From: a virus
Direction: 5' to 3' (one strand)
DNA: 64,000 nucleotides
Virus record (IMG/VR): IMGVR_UViG_3300035659_000003
Coordinates: 45,911 to 109,910 of that record
Position 1 is the stretch's first letter, and every line of letters starts with the position of its first letter. A program made the position numbers and the translations under genes. This document shows, one piece after another, positions 57,484-64,000 of this stretch. The notes beneath the pieces were generated by a model. The model searched no databases. It worked only from the letters and a program-made list of their open reading frames with translations, and had not been told where the DNA came from.

Positions 57484-58674
57484 CTATCTTCCGGCCATCG
57501 ATCCGTCGCCGGTGTTAGGGAACGCCACCGGAAAGTAGGGCGGCGTGGTCGTGGGCGTGATCGTTGCACTCGGCACCTGGGTGGTAGTAGGCGAGTTTGT
57601 GGGTGTGGGGCTTTGCTCCGGCGTCCCCGTAGTCGTGGGTGTTGGCGTATTCGTGGGTGTGGCCGTGGGCGTGCTTGTCCAAGGCGGGATCAGAGTGGCC
57701 GTGGGGGTGGGTGTGCCAGTAGGAATAGGTGTGGGTGTGTAGCATGTTCCTGTCTCCTCGCAGCTTGGCGTTGGCGTGGGGGTGGGGGTAGGAGTCGGAG
57801 TTAGCGTTGGAGTGGCCGTAGGCGTCGCCGTAGGGCTTGTGGTGGGGGTTATCGTTGGGGTCGGCGACGGAGTCTCTGTAGGCTCCGGCGTAGGCGATGG
57901 CGTCGCCGTTGGGGTAGGCGTAGGGCACGTGCCCTCAACCAGGCCGAGTTGATTGGCAAAATACTCCGTCATCGTCACGTTCTCGCCGTCATAGCAAACC
58001 GTGATCTCGCCGCAGTCGTCGGTGTCCTCCGGCGCAAAGTACTCGATATAGGTGCTGGTCACGCCGTCGTGACAAACCTCGATCTCGTCGCAGTCCTCTG
58101 TGTCCTGCCGCCCGTCGTCATCGCGGACACGGGTGGGATACACGCCGTTGTAACAGATGTCATAGAACTCGTGGCACTGGTCATCGCTGGGTGGAATCCC
58201 GCCGTTCTCACAGGTCGGCGGCAGGGGCGTCGGCGTGGGGGTTGGCGTCGGGCTAGGCGTTGGCGTTACAGTAACAGGACATTCCACACAAACAGGAGGA
58301 TTCCCCCAACAACCGCAAGGGGGTGGCGTCGGGGTAGGGGGAACCGTGCAGCCGTTATCCCAGATCGCTTGGCCCGCCGCGTCCCAGTTCTTACCCGCAA
58401 AGCTGAATGTCACGCCACCCACATCGGTGTAGGAATATGGCGGAATGATATCAGCGTCGTGCTCGCTCTCGTGACCGCTATGCTGATACCCTACCGATGC
58501 AACGTCGACGGTAATCTGGTTATAGCCATTCGCGGCGGTATCCGGCGGAGTGGCGTGGCAGATTGTGACTTTGTGCTCGGGGTTCGGCCTCGTGGCCAAT
58601 GCGCCGCCCGTTAGGGCCATCCCTGCCACCATCAGTAAGGCCAGGGCGAACGCTCCTAGCAGAAACTTCTTCAT
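57484..58674 (-). CDS. Secreted Pro/Thr-rich protein ending in an LPXTG-like FPNTG
   Basis: Signal peptide, KVTICHAT..HxxD.IIPP domain, Cys-paired repeats (I.VC.DG), and long (PT)n linkers. Confidence 0.75.
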   Translation of the reverse strand: MKKFLLGAFALALLMVAGMALTGGALATRPNPEHKVTICHATPPDTAANGYNQITVDVASVGYQHSGHESEHDADIIPPYSYTDVGGVTFSFAGKNWDAAGQAIWDNGCTVPPTPTPPPCGCWGNPPVCVECPVTVTPTPSPTPTPTPTPLPPTCENGGIPPSDDQCHEFYDICYNGVYPTRVRDDDGRQDTEDCDEIEVCHDGVTSTYIEYFAPEDTDDCGEITVCYDGENVTMTEYFANQLGLVEGTCPTPTPTATPSPTPEPTETPSPTPTITPTTSPTATPTATPTLTPTPTPTPTPTPSCEETGTCYTPTPIPTGTPTPTATLIPPWTSTPTATPTNTPTPTTTGTPEQSPTPTNSPTTTQVPSATITPTTTPPYFPVAFPNTGDGSMAGR

Positions 58675-58801
58675 GCTGTCTCCTCCTTTCATTCTGCGCG
58701 CCGGTCATCCAGCCAGCGTATCCTCGGAGGCGGCTTGCGCCATAGCTTCTTCACGCGGTCAATGACCTTGCGTAGAATCCCTGGTGCCTTCGGTGACTTC
58801 T

Positions 58802-59902
58802 TCATTCCGTGTCCCCGCTGAGGTCGAGCACCCAATACCACGTGGACGCGTTGTCGTTCTCCCCACGACTACCGCGCGCACAACCTACGCCGAGTGCATC
58901 GAAGTCGCCGTTAAGCATATTAAGCTTCTCCTGTCCCCCATACTGGCCAGACCATCCCTGGAAAACGTAATCGGGTCGAGGCGCTGAGGGATCACTTGTT
59001 CCCATACCCTCACGATTCTCTGCGCACCGCATCGTTGGGTAATCCCCGCAACCATACCCAAAGTCAGCCAACCGCTGTGCAAGGCTTCGCCCCAAGGAAT
59101 CCTCCCCGTTTCGACTCTGGTTATACCGTCCGGCCTCGTCTTCGCTCATCCACTGAGCGGATTGCATCAAGACCGGCGATATACTCAGCGGCGCAACTCC
59201 GTTCCTAACCCTGTAATCGTTAACGAGAATGATAAGCTCATCAGCCCAAGGGCTGTCAACGCAGGATGTAGCCGTGGGAGGTGGTGTTGGCGTTGGTTCT
59301 GGCGTCGCTGTTTGCGTCGGCAAAGGTGTGGCTGTGCTTGTGGGCGTCGCCTCGGGTGTTGGCACAGGCAGCGACTCACAAGCTAGACCATCATTATCGT
59401 TTCCGTCCAGCCCGAATGGATCACTTAGGTCAGCGTTGAAGCACGCTTGCGCCGCAGCCTGGGTGGTAAAATCAGAGCAGTTGCAATCGGTGAGCGCACA
59501 TGCGCCGCATACCGCCACAGGGGGTGTTGGTGTCACCGTGGCTGTGGGCGGCGTCGTGCTAGGCGTAGCCGTCGGCGTAACTACGGGCTCCACAACCGCG
59601 CCAAGAGCCAGCAGGCCCCGCATGTCGGTCAGCGGCTGCAGATTGCTCACCTCTGGTTTGCCCGTGAACCAGCGTGACCATGCCCCCGTTTGTGGGTCTA
59701 AGGAGTAGGCCGCATCTACCGCGCCTGTTCCGCAGGTAGCTAGGGCCGCGTCCGCCGGTGTAGTTGGCCCGCTCCATGTGGAGATTGACCACTTGCCCTG
59801 CTGCGGGCAGTTATGGAGTTGGCCCGAAGACGTTGCGCCAACCGTCATCACGCCCAGCAAAGCCGCAGCCCCTAGTGCCAGGGCTATGAGTAGCTTCTTC
59901 AT
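58802..59902 (-). CDS. Secreted protein with Excalibur-like Ca-binding and CAP/SCP domains
   Basis: Signal peptide, CNCSDF...[14 protein letters not shown], and VNDYR...PL...SAQ..S...AEN...GVG...YWVLD. Confidence 0.8.
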   Translation of the reverse strand: MKKLLIALALGAAALLGVMTVGATSSGQLHNCPQQGKWSISTWSGPTTPADAALATCGTGAVDAAYSLDPQTGAWSRWFTGKPEVSNLQPLTDMRGLLALGAVVEPVVTPTATPSTTPPTATVTPTPPVAVCGACALTDCNCSDFTTQAAAQACFNADLSDPFGLDGNDNDGLACESLPVPTPEATPTSTATPLPTQTATPEPTPTPPPTATSCVDSPWADELIILVNDYRVRNGVAPLSISPVLMQSAQWMSEDEAGRYNQSRNGEDSLGRSLAQRLADFGYGCGDYPTMRCAENREGMGTSDPSAPRPDYVFQGWSGQYGGQEKLNMLNGDFDALGVGCARGSRGENDNASTWYWVLDLSGDTE

Positions 59903-60073
59903 TCGTTCCTGCGCCTTTCGTTCGTCGCGCTGTCAAACCGCGCGGCTAGCGTCCGCCGAAAACTCAGAAGAGCCTGCTCCATCGGGGTAGGCTCGTCCAT
60001 CGCCTCGGCAAAGGTCTCCATGAGTTCTCGCGCGGGTGCTATGATCCGTCGTCTGAGTAGTAGCATAAACTTC

Positions 60074-60116
60074 ACCTCCTGAATATGTAGACGCATCAGG
60101 AGGGTCTTGTGTTACG
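60074..60116 (-). promoter_or_regulatory. ECF-type promoter, class I
   Basis: CGTAAC-N17-CGTCTACAT-ATTCAGGAGG. Confidence 0.7.
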
Positions 60117-61121
60117 CCCCTAGCCTCTCTACCAGGGTGCTCCGAAAAAGGTGGTCTTCTTGGGCGTGGGCTCCTGCGCCGGTGCCGCCGGTTGCTGTGT
60201 TATGCCCTCGGCCAAGGCCGCCATCTCCTCTTCAGTGGTGACGCCCTCCCGCAGCAGAACCTGGCGGGTGAAGCTGTTGGCGGCCTGTGCCAGATACTCT
60301 GCTGCGATCTGTAGCGCCCTGACTTCCTTCGGCTCGCCGAACTTGACAGCTAGGCCGACCGCGCGCAGCTCCAGGCGCATAGCGGCGAAGTTGGCGTCGA
60401 GCGCCATCGCGTGCAGGGTCTCGTTTGAGGCCTTGTTGAAGTCCATGTCTACGTCACCGCCGCAACAAGGCCGAGCGCGCGGCCCAGGCTGACGTAGTAG
60501 CGCCGCGCTTCTGACAAGAACCCCGTTGCTCTCCCCTTCAGCTCGCCGCGCTTGAAGTCGTCCGTCTCGCCTCCGACCAGGCTTGCATTGACGACCGCCT
60601 CGGCCAGGATGAGCTGGATGCCGATGGAGGCCATCATGATTTGCTCTTCCTTAGTGATGGCCATCTCTACATCCTCCAGGTGATCGTCGGGGGCGGGGGC
60701 GCGGGGCTTGGGGTCGGTGTGACCGTCACCGTCCATGACCAGCTAATGGGGCCGCCCTCACGCCGTGTAAGCTCCCCGCTGGTCTGAACGGCCACAACGA
60801 GGTAGGTGCCAGGTTTCTGGATGAGAAGCTCGATCACCTGCCGCGTCGCCCGCTCCATATGCGATGGGTAAGACTCCTCGGGGTAGGGGCGGAAGTCAGA
60901 CCAGAGCGAATCGACGAACCGCTTGTGCGGTGCGCCCTTGTGAAGATCGATCTCGTGGATGATGATCGCGTATTTATCGTTCCTGCTGATTGTCATGCCG
61001 CCTCCTTCATTTTTTTAGGCCGACTCCCCCGCCCTCCGGCTTCGGCCTAACCAGCCCTTCTCACTTGCAGGCAATCTGGCCGGTTCCCTTCTCATGCCGT
61101 AGGGGTCATTAACCCCTTGCA

Positions 61122-61155
61122 CTTACTATGACGATGCGACAGAGGCTTCGGTGAC
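61122..61155 (-). promoter_or_regulatory. ECF-type promoter, class II
   Basis: GTCACCGA-N12-ATCGTCATAGTAAG. Confidence 0.65.
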
Positions 61156-61389
61156 CGGCTTCACAAGCCCGTCGGCGACCGCGCAGACAGGCACGTTCCA
61201 GTCTTCGGCTCGCTCGATCAGGCATTCCTTGCAGAATTCGCCGTACAGCGCGTCGTCGTTAGGGTCTAGAAACCAGACGCCTAGCACAGTCTCGTCGCCG
61301 TCACCGCATGCCTGGCACCCGACGTCGCGCAGATCGAACAGGTCTACTACGAACAATTCCGACTGGACAAACATTATCGTCCTCCTTCG

Positions 61390-61423
61390 CTGATTATGAC
61401 GATTCGGCGGGGGGGTCGGTAAC
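61390..61423 (-). promoter_or_regulatory. ECF-type promoter, class II
   Basis: GTTACCGA-N12-ATCGTCATAATCAG, then RBS AAGGAGG. Confidence 0.65.
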
Positions 61424-62222
61424 GTCCTCGTAGGCACTATCCAGGAGCTGGAAGAGCGGCGGTGTTCCCAGGATGCGCGCCGCTGCGTTCTTGATAGCGT
61501 CCTCGCTAAATGGGGCTAGCGCCGGATCAGATGTGGTGCGTGAGCCGACAGGCCGCTCCCAAACGCACGAGGGAAGGATTATCCGTAGCCACTTGTTGAT
61601 GACGAGCTGGTCGCCCTCGGGCAGCTCCTCGTAGGCCCCCCGCAGGCGGTTCAGCTCTTGGCATCCGCAAACGCCGAGGTTCCAGTCCAGCAGACCGCAC
61701 TCTTTTGCGGCCAGTAACCACGCACGAGCGGCGGGGCCAGTGTGAAACCACCATAGCCATCGGCGCGCTATGCGTGCCTTGATTCTGCCCAGGAATCCTA
61801 GCGGGGGCGGGGCCGGAAGCTCTACCCAGCCAGGCGTCACTCCGGCGAGGTGCCTGATGACGTCAACGTCCCGCGCCATCGCCGCGCGGCGCTCCTCGCA
61901 CTTTTCGCAGGGGCAGCGGTTCAGGGGATCGATGTTGCTATTGATGCTTACTGGCATTATTCCTTTGCTCCGCGTTGTAGCTCCTGCACAAGCTCTGCGA
62001 TGCGCCGGTCAGCAGCGCCTAGCGCCCGTTGGTGCGTGAGCAGCTCTGCCGTCAGGTGCTCGATAAAGGACTCCGCCTTCTCGAAGAATCGGTAGGCGCA
62101 CAGGAAGCAGGCCCCACAGTTGCAGGTTCGCCCCTGCTCTACCGCCGCCAGCAGCCAGCCGCTCGTGTTCTGGAATAGGGCCAGTGCCCGCTTAGCGGTC
62201 ATCGGAGTGCCAGTCTCGTGCG

Positions 62223-62699
62223 TCATTGGGGCTTCTCCTTGTAGACGACTACGAAGCGGTCGTCCAGCCACTTCTCCAGGATGGGCTTGACCCGCTCCCA
62301 CTCCAGCCCGCCGTTACCGCAGCCAGGACGGGGCAGGACAACGCACTTGACGGAGGGGTGCAGGTGCTCCGCCCAGACCTGCAGGTTCAGGGCCGAATGG
62401 TAGATCAGCTCCGGATCGGCCTTCTCCCACCAGTTTTGCTTGACGGGGAACGCGATTAGCGTCATGGGCCTGTCGCCCAGCACTATCGGGAACGCGTGGA
62501 GCTTGTTGCCGAACTTCCTAATCGACGCGCCGAGCAACCGAGGGAGATCGGCCCATCGCTGTTTTGCTTCGAGCGCGACGCCTCGCCCCATAACCGCCTC
62601 GCCGTTCTTCTTTACGAATCCGTTGGTGGTTATCGCCACGGCGTCGGCTTGCAGTGCTGTTGCGGCGTCCCATAGGTCTCCCTGAAGCTCTCTCATCAC
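62223..62699 (-). CDS. Macrodomain (ADP-ribose binding/hydrolase) protein
   Basis: GDLW...ITTNG...AVMGRGVA...FPVK..W...LPRPGCGNGGLEW. Confidence 0.85.
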   Translation of the reverse strand: MMRELQGDLWDAATALQADAVAITTNGFVKKNGEAVMGRGVALEAKQRWADLPRLLGASIRKFGNKLHAFPIVLGDRPMTLIAFPVKQNWWEKADPELIYHSALNLQVWAEHLHPSVKCVVLPRPGCGNGGLEWERVKPILEKWLDDRFVVVYKEKPQ

Positions 62700-63959
62700 T
62701 CGCTCGCGGGCGGGGGCTCGTCCTCTCTGTTAATTCTCAGAGCGGCATCGCACGCAACGTCGGCGAACATCTCCGCCAGCTCCGCTTTCTCCTGAAGGGC
62801 CGTGCGCTCCGCCTCGCCTAGCGCGATGCGCTGTGATTGCATCTCGCAGAAGATCGCCTGCAGCATGAAGTAGATTGCCTTATCCATCAGTGACCTCCGC
62901 AGCGCACATCCGACTAAAAAACGCCGTCTCTGCCTTGCTCCTGTGCCGCAACCGCCAGCAAAGGTGCTTGCTCCGCAGTATACGGTTCCGTATCCGCCGG
63001 ATGCGGATGTTCAGGGTCGCCTTGTTTGATCTCAATGCTTCCCTCCCGCTTACTATGACGATCCTGACGGGGCCTCGGTCACCAGCCGGTCTATCAGGAC
63101 AGGCGTCTGCACCAACAGGCCCAGGCACTTCGCGCACATCGGGATCGGATTATCGAGCGTGAATTCCTGTGCGTAGACGAGCGCCTCCTGGCTGCACATA
63201 GCAAAGTCGAACCCGTCGTTGTACGGCTCGATGAAGAGTGCCTCGCACGCAGTAGGCTCGCAGGGTGTGAGGTAGATCGTGCGGGCGATCACTGCCTCTC
63301 CTCGTTGATGACCACGATGACGGTCACGCCCATGAGATCAGCGTCGGTGCCCGCAATTCCTAGCCGCGCCGCCGTCTCCTTGGCATTGTCCTCGTTGAAC
63401 ATGAGGTCACGCCCTAGCGTCTCGAGATCGTACTCGTCAAAGCCCACGAAGTTTGTCCCCGTGACATCATCAGCGCTGCCGTAGCGCGCCAGGTCGCCAC
63501 GAAAGATGTAGCCCTCGATAGTAGCCTCGATCATGCCTAGTTCTCCTTGTCCAGGTCTATCACCCGTGTCGTCCAGATGCTGAGCACGGCCAGCAGGCCG
63601 GAGGGCTCAGGTATCGCCTCTCGGTCGTCGATGGGCACGCGGAATTGAAGCCCCTCCCCGTCGTCTGAGACGGTTATCCCATCCAGACTGTCCGGCGGCC
63701 AGGCAACGGAGTAGTAAGAGCGCTCGGGGCCGTCCAAGACGCATACCACGAAGCGGTCTATCGACAAGTGGTCTGCTACCCGAACGTCAAAGCCCGCCGC
63801 CCCGTCCGCGTTCCGCATCAGGTCATACTTGGGGGTGGTCTTGTAGAGGACGACCTCGCCCCCGAAATCTATTGCCTTGCCGACAACCCGCGTTTTGTTA
63901 CCGTACAGGCTCGTGGTGTAGACTAAGGGTAGCATGATTCCGCGCTTGTCCCAGCTCAT
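62696..63959 (-). other. Hypothetical CDSs (62696-62887, 62880-~63034, 63053-63292, 63289-63534, 63537-63959)
   Basis: Coupled minus-strand ORFs. Confidence 0.55.
63049..63082 (-). promoter_or_regulatory. ECF-type promoter, class II
   Basis: GTGACCGA-N12-ATCGTCATAGTAAG, then RBS GGGAGG. Confidence 0.65.
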
Positions 63960-64000
63960 CCTTACATCTCCTCGATGTCGGTGAGGCCCAGGCCTGCTAG

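Larger units (their letters stand above)
59899..62226 (-). other. Block of hypothetical CDSs (59899-60066, 60129-60446, 60449-60664, 60667-60996, 61126-61374, 61394-61957, 61957-62226)
   Basis: Coupled minus-strand ORFs with RBSs. Confidence 0.55.

Noticed and set aside
61009-61120. Hairpin plus T-run as a terminator
   Set aside because: The T-run lies on the wrong side of the hairpin for either strand, and a short ORF (MRREPARL...) spans it.
1-64000. Numerous plus-strand ORFs (e.g. 50975-52225, 23857-24810, 26145-27038)
   Set aside because: They are antisense shadows of well-supported minus-strand genes in GC-rich DNA, with no motifs or RBSs.
1-64000. Stop-codon recoding or suppressor tRNA
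   Set aside because: Genes are intact under code 11, TAG, TAA and TGA all terminate coupled genes, and no tRNA has a CTA or TCA anticodon.

Overview
This window is a gene-dense, GC-rich segment of a large tailed dsDNA phage genome (Caudoviricetes). Every credible gene lies on the minus strand. Reading in transcription order (right to left): (i) 64-46 kb, many short early or accessory genes (macrodomain, two secreted host-like proteins, DUF4326, SprT-like peptidases, DUF4241, SLOG, RNA ligase) driven by a recurring ECF-sigma-type promoter GTNAC-N16/17-CGTC; (ii) 47-44 kb, five tRNA genes (several atypical), a candidate structured ncRNA and a Dam-like methylase; (iii) 44-33 kb, GroES, portal, small virion and collagen proteins, a PI3/4-kinase-like protein, a phosphoesterase, RusA, an HK97 gp10-like protein and a matrixin; (iv) 33.3-16 kb, six adjacent head-associated proteins, five joined by 0-11 bp gaps or overlaps, built as polyproteins. 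Short recurring peptide tags (KH[D/E]TEENPxHSHDP, KxRVYLxPGExPPxGxxVxEGPRGGxYY, KHLPGKHDQKKHG, CPxGxHxHxxxDYCH) each follow a hydrophobic-x-Lys site and precede a different cargo. Cargoes include three ADP-ribosyltransferase-like domains, two zincin peptidases, a PD-(D/E)XK nuclease and small phage proteins. An HK97-type prohead protease is embedded in the array and a MuF-like domain ends it; (v) 16-5.3 kb, nucleotide-metabolism and early genes (dATP/dGTP diphosphohydrolase, ClpP, HAD nucleotidase, NDT, HIT, HNH, LAGLIDADG); (vi) 5.2-0 kb, tail or receptor-binding and lysis-like genes. The best candidate for a new system is the tag + cargo + cleavage-site polyprotein array, a putative protease-released, capsid-packaged effector cassette system. 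No terminase or major capsid gene was recognised in the window. All domain calls come from recognising motifs by eye; no database searches were run.
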